Shown here: piece after piece, positions 19,822-30,135 of the stretch | Position numbering within the stretch: position 1 is the first letter of the stretch | Layout: each line of letters opens with the position of its first letter | NCBI GenBank assembly: GCA_017445245.1 | Contig: JAFSUM010000010.1 | Location: 1,008 to 65,007 of the forward strand | Source: Bacilli bacterium | GTDB taxonomy: Bacteria > Bacillota_I > Bacilli_A > RFN20 > CAG-826 | DNA length: 64,000 nucleotides | Direction of reading: 5' to 3' | Position numbers and translations under genes: made by a program | The notes under the pieces: generated by a model | What the model saw: only the letters and a program-made list of their open reading frames with translations | The model's database searches: none | What the model was told of the DNA's origin: nothing

Positions 19822-21661
19822 AATTGATTTGTTAACAGAGAGCCGCTTTGCCCCTCTCATTTTATTATTTCTGTTTACTGGACAGATTGCGTTTAGTTTC
19901 TTGCTCGGGTGTGGGTTGGACCGTTTTCAAGCCGATGGAACTAGCGTTTTCTTCGTTGGGGGTTTTGGGTGCATCCTCTTCCTCTTTTTGTCTCTTACTA
20001 TCATCCCAATTTACTCAAAAAACTATAAATTGACGAGAGTGGGGCGGGTAAGCTTTTCATCTACCGTCATTTTCGTGGTGGCAATTTGTTTGGCCCTAAT
20101 TCTATGCTTTGGTATTTTTCGTCCGATTGCTTATCTTTTTCCAAAATCATGGGCATCGCTGGCAGGCTGGGGCCCTCTTGTATCTGTTGCTATCGCTGTT
20201 TTTTTGGATTGCGTATTTTATTTCGCCGGCAGATCTCGAACCAAGGCAATTCCTAGGACCATTGAAGTTGAAACACAGAACTCGACATCAGTTTTACAAA
20301 CTGCCCTAATTAGATTTGCTCCTTTCTTTTTTGTAATTTACCTAATTCTTGTTTTGGCGCCTTATTACACTTCACAAATTCCCATTATTGGAACGCTTTT
20401 AACGAGCCGGTATCCCAAAATTGCATATCGCGCATTAACGACGGCATTTCTATTTGCTTATTCGATTACCATAGCCTTTGCATTCAAAAAGCCCCTAAAT
20501 ATCGGATGGGCTTTGCCCCTAACCATTACGCTGATTGCCTATGTGTTAGCGTGGGTTTTTCTTCCTAATGGCTATTCATATGTTTCGGTCGGCAAAATGG
20601 GATTCGTTACCCTTTCCACGGTGTATATCGACTTTAGCTCGATGATTATTTCATTTTTCCTATATGCAGCAGAAATTGCTGTGTTTCTATGCGGGGTCTC
20701 ATGGTTGCCTTACGTGGTCCGCTCCAGGAAAACAATTATCACTTTTTTCGCCTTCTTTGTCGGTTTTGTCTCTTTCGCTTGCGCGTTCAGCATCATTTAT
20801 GAAAACCAACTCTATTTTTCCGCTTTCTCTGGAACTGGGACCAAAAGCATAGCGTCTTTTTTTCATCATAAAAATGAATTTGGCGCAATGCTGTTTTTAG
20901 GATCACTATCTTCCGTCTTCTTATTTCATTATGCACGAGGCAAGTTAAGGTTTGCTTTTTTGGGTGCGACCATTTTGTTTTTTCTTTTATCGATACCGGT
21001 TCGTTGTTACACGGGTCTCGTCCCTGTTCTTTTCCTGGATGGCGCCGCGCTCATCTATGACTTAGCGTCATTATTCAAACGTAAAAAAACCGTTTTTTTC
21101 TTGGTAATGGGAGGGGTTTTGGGAGGATTAATCGCAGTCGTGGTTTTGACCTTCAACGAGGCGGCTAGAAACGCCATCCCTTTCTTCGGTTCAGTATACA
21201 ACAACCTACTGGCCGCAGAACGCGAGATACTGTCTAGGACCGACGTATGGAATACCTCGTATCGATTGATTACCGGCCCGTCGGTTTTTATAGGCAAAAC
21301 GGACCCCGTCGCCAACAGAGAACTCACTTCATATCTAGACATGACTTCAATCTTGTCTCTCAATGATTATCACAGTGCTTTTGTTTCATTTTACACAAAC
21401 CACGGAATTGTCGGTTTGTTCATTTATGTCCTGCTTTTGATCTGGGTTTTCCGAAACTGCCTGCGTGTTAAAAAATCAAATTCTCGCCTTGCCGCTTTAC
21501 TGATCATTTTATTATCTGCCGCAGTTTTGTTTTCCATGCCTGAATCATATACTTTGTTTGTTAATATGTCGGGCATCGCTTTCCCCACACTATGTCTCTT
21601 CGTTATCTTTACACCATATTTGGACCAGGAGGGCGCCATATGCGCAAAAGACGCGCGATAA
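19811..21661 (+). CDS. O-antigen ligase/polymerase (Wzy_C)-like polytopic membrane protein
   Basis: Many TM segments; FHHKNEFG, SRTDVW, DYHSAFVSFYTNHGIVG resemble the conserved Arg/His loop motifs of the family. Confidence 0.65.
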   Translation: MLRKIDLLTESRFAPLILLFLFTGQIAFSFLLGCGLDRFQADGTSVFFVGGFGCILFLFLSLTIIPIYSKNYKLTRVGRVSFSSTVIFVVAICLALILCFGIFRPIAYLFPKSWASLAGWGPLVSVAIAVFLDCVFYFAGRSRTKAIPRTIEVETQNSTSVLQTALIRFAPFFFVIYLILVLAPYYTSQIPIIGTLLTSRYPKIAYRALTTAFLFAYSITIAFAFKKPLNIGWALPLTITLIAYVLAWVFLPNGYSYVSVGKMGFVTLSTVYIDFSSMIISFFLYAAEIAVFLCGVSWLPYVVRSRKTIITFFAFFVGFVSFACAFSIIYENQLYFSAFSGTGTKSIASFFHHKNEFGAMLFLGSLSSVFLFHYARGKLRFAFLGATILFFLLSIPVRCYTGLVPVLFLDGAALIYDLASLFKRKKTVFFLVMGGVLGGLIAVVVLTFNEAARNAIPFFGSVYNNLLAAEREILSRTDVWNTSYRLITGPSVFIGKTDPVANRELTSYLDMTSILSLNDYHSAFVSFYTNHGIVGLFIYVLLLIWVFRNCLRVKKSNSRLAALLIILLSAAVLFSMPESYTLFVNMSGIAFPTLCLFVIFTPYLDQEGAICAKDAR

Positions 21662-22128
21662 TTTTGGTTTCTACAATACTGCTGGCGTCTTGTTCTGCCC
21701 CATCAGACTCCTATTTTTCGGCGTACGACACGTCGTTTCATGCGCATTATTACGGAAATATGTACTGCGACGAGAGTGGCGTCCCCGATGGGTTTATTAA
21801 CTACCGTGAATACTTTGAATACGCTAAGGTTTTTTTCTATTTAAACGGAACGTGTAAATTTATTGTGTCCGAAAAAAACGCAAGTGGTCTTTTTGTTGTC
21901 ACCGAAGAATTTGGCACTTATACATGTACTTCACCATATCCAGGCGGTTGGTTTGCGGCTAAATACGAGACAGGTCGAACTGCAACTTATCGTTGGGAGC
22001 CCAATTGGCACGATGCAGGTTCAACCCCGTATGAATTGTCCGAAACTCGAAGGATGACGATTCAGGCCACGGGCGAAACCGTAGATATTGTTTTTTCATA
22101 TGCCAGCGACTATATAAGCGAGATGTAG
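21640..22128 (+). CDS. Lipoprotein of unknown function
   Basis: AGGAGG RBS; MRKRRAIILVSTILLAS-C lipobox. Confidence 0.7.
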   Translation: MRKRRAIILVSTILLASCSAPSDSYFSAYDTSFHAHYYGNMYCDESGVPDGFINYREYFEYAKVFFYLNGTCKFIVSEKNASGLFVVTEEFGTYTCTSPYPGGWFAAKYETGRTATYRWEPNWHDAGSTPYELSETRRMTIQATGETVDIVFSYASDYISEM

Positions 22129-22132
22129 TTTC

Positions 22133-22894
22133 ATGAGCACAGACACTATTCGTTGTTCAATTGCTATGACCACTTGTAATTCTGAGCGTTTTCTCTCCGA
22201 CCAAATCGAATCAATTCTCGCAGCAATGGAAGATTCTGATGAGCTAGTCATTAGTGATGACGCCTCGTCCGACTCAACCATAGAGATAATCCGTAAATAC
22301 ATGGAGCAGGATTCACGAATTCGTTTGCTACAGAATGACAAAAACCTCGGATTTAACAAAAACGCTGAGAGGGCATATGTCAACTGCAGGGGTTCCTTCA
22401 TTTTCCATTCGGACGATGATAATGTCTGGGATCACAACAAAATAAAGACGGTGCTGGAGGCATTTTCCGCACATCCCGAAATTGGTTTGGTTATGCATGA
22501 CGCAGCAATCGTGAATCAGGATTTAAAAGAAATCGCTCCTTCTTTTCAAGCTTGGCGCAAATCAAAACCAGGTCTTCTCCATAACATAATCAGGCTTGGC
22601 TATGGCGGCTCTCTTCTTGCGTTTCGGAGAGAACTTCTCGAATATGTTCTCCCCTTCCCCGATGACATGCCTTTCTTTGCGGACGCATGGATTGGCTTCA
22701 TGGCCGACAAGCATTCCAAATCGCTTTTCATACCCGACAAACTATCTGTATGGCGTCGGCACGGCTCGAACGCATCCGGTGATAACGGCTTATCCCAAAC
22801 CAAGCCCGTACAAGCAAAAAACCAGAAAGGCAAGCGTCTTATTCAAGCAATGAATGAACGAAGAGCCATTTGGAGGTTTTTGAAAAAGCACTGA
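22133..22894 (+). CDS. GT2 glycosyltransferase
   Basis: SIAMTTCN, ISDDASSD, NLGFNKN, HSDDDNVW. Confidence 0.9.
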   Translation: MSTDTIRCSIAMTTCNSERFLSDQIESILAAMEDSDELVISDDASSDSTIEIIRKYMEQDSRIRLLQNDKNLGFNKNAERAYVNCRGSFIFHSDDDNVWDHNKIKTVLEAFSAHPEIGLVMHDAAIVNQDLKEIAPSFQAWRKSKPGLLHNIIRLGYGGSLLAFRRELLEYVLPFPDDMPFFADAWIGFMADKHSKSLFIPDKLSVWRRHGSNASGDNGLSQTKPVQAKNQKGKRLIQAMNERRAIWRFLKKH

Positions 22895-22895
22895 T

Positions 22896-24110
22896 ATGAC
22901 AATCCTCTTCATCTGGAACTACCACTATTTCCCGTTCGAAAAGGGGAAATCCCGTTTTTCCGATTTTCTCGACGAACTAGCAGCGAAAGGCCATGATGTC
23001 GAGGTTGTTTGTTCTACGTTCTACCACATGGGAAAAAGTTTCCGCGATGTTTCCGATCCCCGTTTGGCCTGCCTGCCATATAAAACAACTTTGATTCCGG
23101 AGCTTGGATACAAAAAGAACATATCCTTTAGAAGATGGCGAAGCATCCGAGCCTTTAATAGAGGCGTGGAACGGTTCTTGTCTAATCATGATGGCGTTGA
23201 TGAGGTCTACATCCCCATCCCATCCAATGAGCTTGCGCTGATAGGCGAAAGGTTCGCCCAACGCGTCGGGGCAAAAGTCATCCTCGACATCGAAGATCTA
23301 TGGCCGGAGTCATTTCGGATGATCAAAGCAGTCAGGCCGTTTTACCGCCCCCTATTCGGCAAATCCGAAAAGAGGCGAGCAAGGACTTTGGCCCAAGCCG
23401 ATGGTTTGGTTGCGGTTTCGCAAACTTATCTAAATCTCGGGTTGGCTTCAGCAAAAGCGGGAACACCCGCCGTAAGCGCACCGATCGGCGCAGACGTAGA
23501 GTATGTCCGTGCTTTGCAAATGCAACACGTATCCAAAAAGAAGCCAGGCGAGTTCTGGGTCGGCTATATCGGCACGCTGAGCAAGTCCTATGATCTCTAC
23601 ACCGTCATAGACGCCCTCGATGCTTTGGCCATCGCCCATTTCGACAACTTCGTTCTCAAAATCATGGGGAGCGGGCCTAATTTAGAAGACGTTAGAAAAT
23701 ACGCTTCCAAGAAACATGGCAAAGTCGAGTTCCTAGGACTTCTCCCCTACAATGCCATGTGCGAAGTCTTGTTTGATTGCGATGTAGGGTTAAACCCCAT
23801 TATCGCAACATCTGTTTCGTCGCTGATCAATAAGATCGCCGACTACGCCGCATGCAGCGTGCCAGTAATCAATACCCAGCAGTCCGCTGAATATCGATCC
23901 CTTTTAGCCAATTATGAAGCTGGGTGGAACATTTGGCCGAAGGACGTTATCGCATTGCAGAAGGCTCTCGTTTTCGCTTTAAAGCACCCTGAGCAACTGA
24001 TTAAGGCCAAACAGGGAGCCCTTAGCCTTGCGGTTAACGAGTTGAATAGAGCTGACAGCCAGCGAAAAATGCTTGGACTAATCGAATCGTTAGGAGGCAA
24101 GAAGCAATGA
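22896..24110 (+). CDS. GT4 glycosyltransferase (possibly L-FucNAc transferase)
   Basis: DIEDLWPES, YIGTL, NKIADYAA.SVPVI. Confidence 0.85.
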   Translation: MTILFIWNYHYFPFEKGKSRFSDFLDELAAKGHDVEVVCSTFYHMGKSFRDVSDPRLACLPYKTTLIPELGYKKNISFRRWRSIRAFNRGVERFLSNHDGVDEVYIPIPSNELALIGERFAQRVGAKVILDIEDLWPESFRMIKAVRPFYRPLFGKSEKRRARTLAQADGLVAVSQTYLNLGLASAKAGTPAVSAPIGADVEYVRALQMQHVSKKKPGEFWVGYIGTLSKSYDLYTVIDALDALAIAHFDNFVLKIMGSGPNLEDVRKYASKKHGKVEFLGLLPYNAMCEVLFDCDVGLNPIIATSVSSLINKIADYAACSVPVINTQQSAEYRSLLANYEAGWNIWPKDVIALQKALVFALKHPEQLIKAKQGALSLAVNELNRADSQRKMLGLIESLGGKKQ

Positions 24111-24988
24111 GCCGGTTCGCTTATCTGTTCCTCGCCCATAAAGACATTCCGGTTCTCCAGACCGCGATAGATTTGATCGACGATCCAAGAAACGATATTT
24201 TCATCCACTGGGATTTGAAAAGCGCGGAGGATACTTCGACCCTTACGGCAAAGCACTCCCGCATTTACTTTACGAAACGTACACGATGTTACTGGGGTGA
24301 TGAAATAGAAGCCCTTTATTTACTGCTTGAACTCGCAAGAAGCAAAGACGAATATGCCTATTATCACTTCCTAACAGCGGAAGAGCTGCCGATAAAACAT
24401 CAAGATTACATTCATCGATTCTTTGAGGAAGACCCTAATCAAAGTATCTATTTGCACATTAACGTGGGCACGTTTAAAGACATTCAAGGTCGTTGCAAGT
24501 ATTATTACCCCTTTATCGACCATGACTGTTTTAAAGGGAACAAACTCGTGAAAGCCCTAAGTTTGGTGCTAGGCAAGGCGCAAGGCATCGTTGGCATCGA
24601 CCGAAGAAGAAAACACCCTGATTTTTTCCCTTTGTATAACGGCTGGGGTTGGGGTTCGATTCCCGGAGATTTCGCAGATTATGTGCTCTCGAGGAAAGAG
24701 GATACGATCGACGTCTTCCGAAAAACGCTAGCTGGCGACGAAGCATGGCTTCATTCCCTGGCCATGCACCACCCAGATTTCTCCCAAAGAATGTATGGAT
24801 ATAACGGTTTAGACGATCCCGTCGACGCTTCAAAACTGTTCCAAGATTGGAACAGGGGAAAACCATACACATTTACCATGGAAGATTTGGATTTGCTGCT
24901 GAATTCAAACGCATTGTTCGCCAGAAAATTTTCGTCATTCAAAGACGCAGAATTGGTCGAAGCCATCAAACGAGAAATCCTAGGCTAA
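24107..24988 (+). CDS. Core-2/I-branching (GT14-like) glycosyltransferase
   Basis: AYLFLAHK, IFIHWD, DE, DW.RGKPY, LFARKF. Confidence 0.85.
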   Translation: MSRFAYLFLAHKDIPVLQTAIDLIDDPRNDIFIHWDLKSAEDTSTLTAKHSRIYFTKRTRCYWGDEIEALYLLLELARSKDEYAYYHFLTAEELPIKHQDYIHRFFEEDPNQSIYLHINVGTFKDIQGRCKYYYPFIDHDCFKGNKLVKALSLVLGKAQGIVGIDRRRKHPDFFPLYNGWGWGSIPGDFADYVLSRKEDTIDVFRKTLAGDEAWLHSLAMHHPDFSQRMYGYNGLDDPVDASKLFQDWNRGKPYTFTMEDLDLLLNSNALFARKFSSFKDAELVEAIKREILG

Positions 24989-25425
24989 TCGCCAGAATCT
25001 GATTCTAAAGCAGGAAGCTTAGAAACCACGATAAGCAGCGTGGGGAATGCGGCGGAGACAAGGCCGCATAAAGCGCCAATAAAGTAGTTCTGAATAGCAT
25101 TCCCTAAAGAAACGTTGAGCACGACGACAGCGATAATTGCCGTCAAAAACGATAAACCAAACTCAGACCACAGCACCGGTTTTAACGCAAGGCTCTTTTT
25201 GCCGCAAATTATGTAGCCAATTGCAAAGCCCACGGCAAACAGTAGAGACAAAGCCAAAACCGATAACTCTTTATCAACCAATAATGTCTTGGACGACAAA
25301 ATGACTTGAGACAAGAGTGATAAGAAACATACGATTCGTATGACAATCGTCAGAGATGATTTAGTCTGTGACTCGGAAGATTTTTGCAGCTCTTCTTTTT
25401 GCATTTGGAGTCCTCTCGAAACCAC
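24985..25425 (-). CDS. Small 4-TM membrane protein
   Basis: Four hydrophobic segments; stop overlaps that of the convergent gene. Confidence 0.5.
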   Translation of the reverse strand: MVSRGLQMQKEELQKSSESQTKSSLTIVIRIVCFLSLLSQVILSSKTLLVDKELSVLALSLLFAVGFAIGYIICGKKSLALKPVLWSEFGLSFLTAIIAVVVLNVSLGNAIQNYFIGALCGLVSAAFPTLLIVVSKLPALESDSGD

Positions 25426-25623
25426 GTTTCTTTAAGCTTAGTAATTATAGTCTATTAATTGATGATTCGATTAAAATATGGCTTGGAAGCCACTCGCCGC
25501 CAATCCCATTCATCCTCGAAAACAAGTTTCTAATTGCTGTTATGTACTTACGTCCATCGAGAACAGCGCATCTATAAATAGGAGGTGAAATGACTTCTTG
25601 TCTATAAAGAAAACAAACCCAAT

Positions 25624-26640
25624 ATGACTAAGACACCACTATTCTCTATCATCATTCCGACGAAAGATCCAGATATTGGGTTGTTAAGCGAAACACTTGC
25701 TTCAATACGGCGTCAAAGCGGTGATGATTTTGAGATTATCATTATCGGTTTTTTTACAAGCGCGGAAAAAAGAAAGGAGGTTGAAACCACCTTAGACCAA
25801 GGAATCATTTTCACAATTTCGGAAGTGAAAGGTCCGTCCGCGCAAAGAAATATGGGTGTGTCGCTAGCCAAAGGCGAATACATTATCTTCGTCGACGATG
25901 ATGACCTAATTAGCAGTGACTTTTTACATGCGTGTCGAGAAGCAATTGCCGCAGAGACTCCTGATTTGATCTGTTTTCAATATACGACCAGTCGCCCCGC
26001 GCTTTCGAATCAACTAAACAATTACCAGGTTCTAGAGTCTAACGAAACAATTCGCGATCTGTTCACCAATCTTCGAAATCCGGTCAAACCAACAGACACG
26101 AGATGCGTTTGGGCAAAAGCTTTCTCCACTAAAGTAATTCGCACCAATAATCTCACGTTTGACAACAATCTTTTCATTGCAGAGGATATGACCTTTTGCC
26201 TGCTGTTCTCGATGTATGCTTCTAAAGCAGTTTGTTATTCATCCGAGGGTAATTACGGCTATTACTATAGGCAGAGACAGGGAAGCGCAACATATAAATA
26301 CGATCCTGAAGCCCCTGCTAAAATCACTCTGTTTTTGGATGCGTATGCATCATTGCTCACAAAATTTGGAATTAAGTTCGATGATTTCTATTTTCATATT
26401 TGCAATCAATCGATTTATAACCTCGCGATTTCTTTCTATTTTCATAAAGAAAACCAGTTATCGTTCTTCCGCAAATCTCGATACTTTAAAAAAGCCCTTA
26501 AGCGAGGCTATTTTGCAGAAGCAATCAAAAAAGTGCCCGTCCATTGGATGCAAACAAGGAAAAAGAAAATCCTCCTACAGTTCCTCAAAATGCATTGCTA
26601 CTTGCTCGCGTCAATTATGCTTTATAAAAGATACGATTAG
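25624..26640 (+). CDS. GT2 glycosyltransferase
   Basis: FSIIIP, GPSAQRN.G, KGEYIIFVDDDD, VWAK, AED. Confidence 0.9.
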   Translation: MTKTPLFSIIIPTKDPDIGLLSETLASIRRQSGDDFEIIIIGFFTSAEKRKEVETTLDQGIIFTISEVKGPSAQRNMGVSLAKGEYIIFVDDDDLISSDFLHACREAIAAETPDLICFQYTTSRPALSNQLNNYQVLESNETIRDLFTNLRNPVKPTDTRCVWAKAFSTKVIRTNNLTFDNNLFIAEDMTFCLLFSMYASKAVCYSSEGNYGYYYRQRQGSATYKYDPEAPAKITLFLDAYASLLTKFGIKFDDFYFHICNQSIYNLAISFYFHKENQLSFFRKSRYFKKALKRGYFAEAIKKVPVHWMQTRKKKILLQFLKMHCYLLASIMLYKRYD

Positions 26641-26661
26641 TTGGTTCTAATGCCACGAAAA

Positions 26662-27789
26662 CTATTTCTTTAACCAAGTTTCGCAATTCACGACATCCAC
26701 ATACCGTTTGATTGTATCAACAACGGTCAATGATACATCTTTTCCCGCATAGTCTGGAACTAGTTCAAGTTTGGGGTTCACCCGATGCACTTCTCGCGCC
26801 TTTCCAATCGAGGAGCGGATAGTTTCGAAATCAACGCCGCCCAATTCAAACGAGCCATGTATTAGGGCTTCCTGCCTTTCCGTAGAAGTTCTGATCGAAA
26901 CAGCCGGGAAGTCTAAGATAGAAGTCTCCTCTGGAACGGTTCCGCTGTCAGAGAGCACACAGAAGGCATTCCGCTGTAACTGAATATAATCGAAGAAACC
27001 AACCGGCTTAGATTCGATGATATACGGCGATAATTTAAAGCCCCGCTCATCAAGTTTCTTCCTAGTTCTAGGATGAATCGAGAAAAAGACAGGCATCTTG
27101 AACTCATCCGCAATCTTGTTCAGAGCCGGGAATAACCTGTTGAACTTAGACTCGATATCAACGTTCTCCTCGCGATGAGAAGAGATGACCATGTATTGGT
27201 CTCTCTTAAGATTGAGCCGTTCAAGGACATTGGAACGTTCAATCTTATCCCAATACATTTCAATGACTTCCCTCATTGGGGAACCCGTAATAACGATTCG
27301 GTCTTTTGGCATTCCTTCCCGAACAAGGTTATCGTACGCGTAATGGCTATATGGAAGATTAACGTCGCTTATATGGTCGACAATGGTTCTGTTGGTCATC
27401 TCGGCAACATTCCAATCCCAGCATCTATTACCAGCTTCCATATGGAAAATAGGGCACTTAAGACGTTTGGCGGATATAGCAGAAAGCGCACTGTTGGTAT
27501 CGCCTAAGATAAGTACGGCATCAGGTTTAACTTCTCTAATAAGGTCATAGGATTTCGCAATAACATTACCCATGGTTTCGCCAAGGGATACCCCTACTGC
27601 ATTTAGGTAGTAATCAGGCTTCCTAAGGCCCATCTCTTCAAAGAAGACCTCGTTAAGCTCGTAAGCATAGTTCTGGCCCGTATGCACAAGTAAATGATTA
27701 AACTCACGGTCACACGCCTTAATAACGGCCGCTAACCGAATAATTTCAGGTCTAGTACCTAATATGGTCATTACCTTGAGTTTGCTCAT
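26662..27789 (-). CDS. fnlC: UDP-2-acetamido-2,6-dideoxy-L-talose 2-epimerase (FnlC/Cap5G/WbjD family)
   Basis: GTRPEIIRL, HTGQNY, GDTNS, HMEAGNR, SDSGT; follows fnlAB. Confidence 0.88.
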   Translation of the reverse strand: MSKLKVMTILGTRPEIIRLAAVIKACDREFNHLLVHTGQNYAYELNEVFFEEMGLRKPDYYLNAVGVSLGETMGNVIAKSYDLIREVKPDAVLILGDTNSALSAISAKRLKCPIFHMEAGNRCWDWNVAEMTNRTIVDHISDVNLPYSHYAYDNLVREGMPKDRIVITGSPMREVIEMYWDKIERSNVLERLNLKRDQYMVISSHREENVDIESKFNRLFPALNKIADEFKMPVFFSIHPRTRKKLDERGFKLSPYIIESKPVGFFDYIQLQRNAFCVLSDSGTVPEETSILDFPAVSIRTSTERQEALIHGSFELGGVDFETIRSSIGKAREVHRVNPKLELVPDYAGKDVSLTVVDTIKRYVDVVNCETWLKK

Positions 27790-28907
27790 TTGTCTTCAAC
27801 CTCTACCGGGCAATAATATGTATCCGGATGCTCCGGATTATATAGTTCATTAGCCCACATTATAGTTACCGAATCATCTTTACCAACGTTGGTAATGTTG
27901 TGAGTATAACCACAGGGTATATCTACTAGTTCCATCTTTTTATCAGATACGTGGTAACTAATAACCTCATCAGTTCCAATCTTGCGGAACTTAATAACAC
28001 ACTCACCATGAACCACTAAATACTTTTCGTTCTTGGTGTGGTGATAATGATTTCCTTTGGTTATGCCGGGCTTGGAAATGTTTACCGAAATCTGACCATA
28101 ACCTTCGGTCTTTAAGATTTCGGTAAACGATCCTCTAAAGTCCTTATGCATATCCAAAGGATAAGAGAACTCATCCTCAGGCAAATAAGATAGGTAGGTT
28201 GAATACAGTTGCTTAGCAAACGTGTCCGATATCTCAGGCACCATATGGTTATCTCTGGAGGCCTTGAAAGAATGTAGGAGGTCCGCAATTTCGTGAAGGG
28301 TCTTCTTATAATGAGGTTCAGGATAAAGGATATCCATCGAACCTTTGCCATCGCCGGTCATAACTCTCAGGAAGGAATTGCAAATGTCATCGATGTAAAC
28401 AAAATCAATCGCAAGTGCGGATTCGTTAATTTGAATTGGCAAACCGTTTGCAACGTTATGACAGAAAGTCGCAACAACAGAATTGTAGTTAGGCCTGCAC
28501 CATTTGCCAAAAGCGTTATAAAGTCTAAACACGTACACGGGATGGCCGGTTTTGTGGAAAAACTCAAACAGCAAATCCTCGGCTTGCTTTTTTGAAACAC
28601 CATAAGGATTATCCAATGCTGCCTGAGTTGAAGACGAAAAGATAACAGGAACTTGCGACCCAGTCTCGGCAATATAATCGATAATCTTTTTTGTTAAATT
28701 AACGTTCCCGTCCTGAAACTCTTCGGGCGTCAACGGCCTATTAACACCAGCGAGATGGATAATCCAATCCGCTTCTTGAACGTGTTGTTTCAAATCGATA
28801 TCGGAAAAGCCGATATCATATTCCAAAACTTCGTGCTTTAGTTCACAAAGCCGACAAACAAGATTGGAGCCGATAAAGCCTTTTGATCCAGTAACTAGAA
28901 CCTTCAT
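27786..28907 (-). CDS. fnlB: FnlB/Cap5F/WbjC epimerase-reductase with C-terminal cupin
   Basis: HLAGVNRP, GKWCRPNYNSVVATFC, KGNHYHHTKNEK. Confidence 0.92.
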   Translation of the reverse strand: MKVLVTGSKGFIGSNLVCRLCELKHEVLEYDIGFSDIDLKQHVQEADWIIHLAGVNRPLTPEEFQDGNVNLTKKIIDYIAETGSQVPVIFSSSTQAALDNPYGVSKKQAEDLLFEFFHKTGHPVYVFRLYNAFGKWCRPNYNSVVATFCHNVANGLPIQINESALAIDFVYIDDICNSFLRVMTGDGKGSMDILYPEPHYKKTLHEIADLLHSFKASRDNHMVPEISDTFAKQLYSTYLSYLPEDEFSYPLDMHKDFRGSFTEILKTEGYGQISVNISKPGITKGNHYHHTKNEKYLVVHGECVIKFRKIGTDEVISYHVSDKKMELVDIPCGYTHNITNVGKDDSVTIMWANELYNPEHPDTYYCPVEVEDK

Positions 28908-29926
28908 TAAGACTTAACAGGCCCTCCAAACAAATCAAGCTTAAGAAGCAGTTTTTTCATGCCTTCTTTATCTAAGCGAGGCGCATTATGAGAAGTGAAT
29001 GGCTCGACTTCTTCGATTTTGTGTTCGCCTTTAGAGAAATACTTATCGTAGTTCAGGTCACGATTGTCCGCGGGAATACGATAGAATTCGCCCATGTCGA
29101 TAGCTTTTGCCATTTCTTCGGTGGTGACTAAGGTCTCAAAAAGCTTTTCGCCGTGACGGGTGCCAATGTTATGGATACCGACTTTGGCTTCCTTTAGCTC
29201 AAGCACAGCTTCTGCGAGAGTTCCAACGGTTGCCGCAGGAGCTTTTTGGACAAATAGGTCGCCCTGCTGACCATTTTGAAAAGCAAAGACAACAAGATCA
29301 ACCGCATCTTCCAACGTCATCATGAAACGAGTCATATCCGGGTTGGTCACCGTGATATCTTTGCCTCGCTCGATTTGCTCGACGAACAAAGGAATCACGG
29401 AGCCCCGACTCGCCATGACGTTCCCGTAGCGAGTAAGGCAAAGAATCGTGTCCCCAGGGAGCAGTTGGCGGGAGCGTGCAACAACGTTCTTTTCCATCAT
29501 TGCCTTAGAGATGCCCATCGCATTCACGGGATAGGCCGCTTTATCGGTAGAAAGAAACACGGCGTTCTTAACATGATTAGCGACGCAAGCCGAGATAACG
29601 TTATCGCCGCCGATAACATTGGTCTTAAAAGCTTCCATGGGATAAAACTCGCAGGAGGGAACTTGTTTCAATGCGGCGGCCGAGAAAACATAATCAACGC
29701 CCTTAAAGGCATTAACGATTGAGTTATAATCACGAACATCACCAATATAGAATTTGAGTTTCAAATCATCAAATTCCTTACGCATGTCATCCTGTTTCTT
29801 CTCGTCGCGAGAAAGGATACGAATTTCTTTGATTCCCGTTTTCAAAAACCTACGAACAACGGCATGCCCAAAAGAACCGGTTCCACCAGTAACAAGAAGA
29901 ACCTTATTTTCAAAGATATCAGCCAT
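28907..29926 (-). CDS. fnlA: UDP-GlcNAc 4,6-dehydratase/5-epimerase (FnlA/Cap5E/WbjB)
   Basis: GGTGSFG, RDEKKQDDMR, AALKQVPSCEFYP, RYGNVMASRGSVIP. Confidence 0.95.
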   Translation of the reverse strand: MADIFENKVLLVTGGTGSFGHAVVRRFLKTGIKEIRILSRDEKKQDDMRKEFDDLKLKFYIGDVRDYNSIVNAFKGVDYVFSAAALKQVPSCEFYPMEAFKTNVIGGDNVISACVANHVKNAVFLSTDKAAYPVNAMGISKAMMEKNVVARSRQLLPGDTILCLTRYGNVMASRGSVIPLFVEQIERGKDITVTNPDMTRFMMTLEDAVDLVVFAFQNGQQGDLFVQKAPAATVGTLAEAVLELKEAKVGIHNIGTRHGEKLFETLVTTEEMAKAIDMGEFYRIPADNRDLNYDKYFSKGEHKIEEVEPFTSHNAPRLDKEGMKKLLLKLDLFGGPVKS

Positions 29927-30135
29927 CTGAACACCTCACTTGATGGTAATTATCCTACCAGCCGCCACATTTGTCATCAACGTACGCGCGTATCGAATTG
30001 CCTATAACCATGGCGATAGTTCGCAAATAAATCGTAACAGCCGGCTGCGGCCTGTGGCGTTTCTCCCGCGAATGCACCTCCAAACTCAATAAATCGTAAT
30101 TTGCGTTAAAGGTTAAAGCAAATTATCATACGCAT

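Noticed and set aside
25580-25607. Strong SD (AGGAGGTGA) followed by a 5-codon ORF MTSCL
   Set aside because: SD-ATG spacing is too short and it is out of frame with the GT2; no evidence of function
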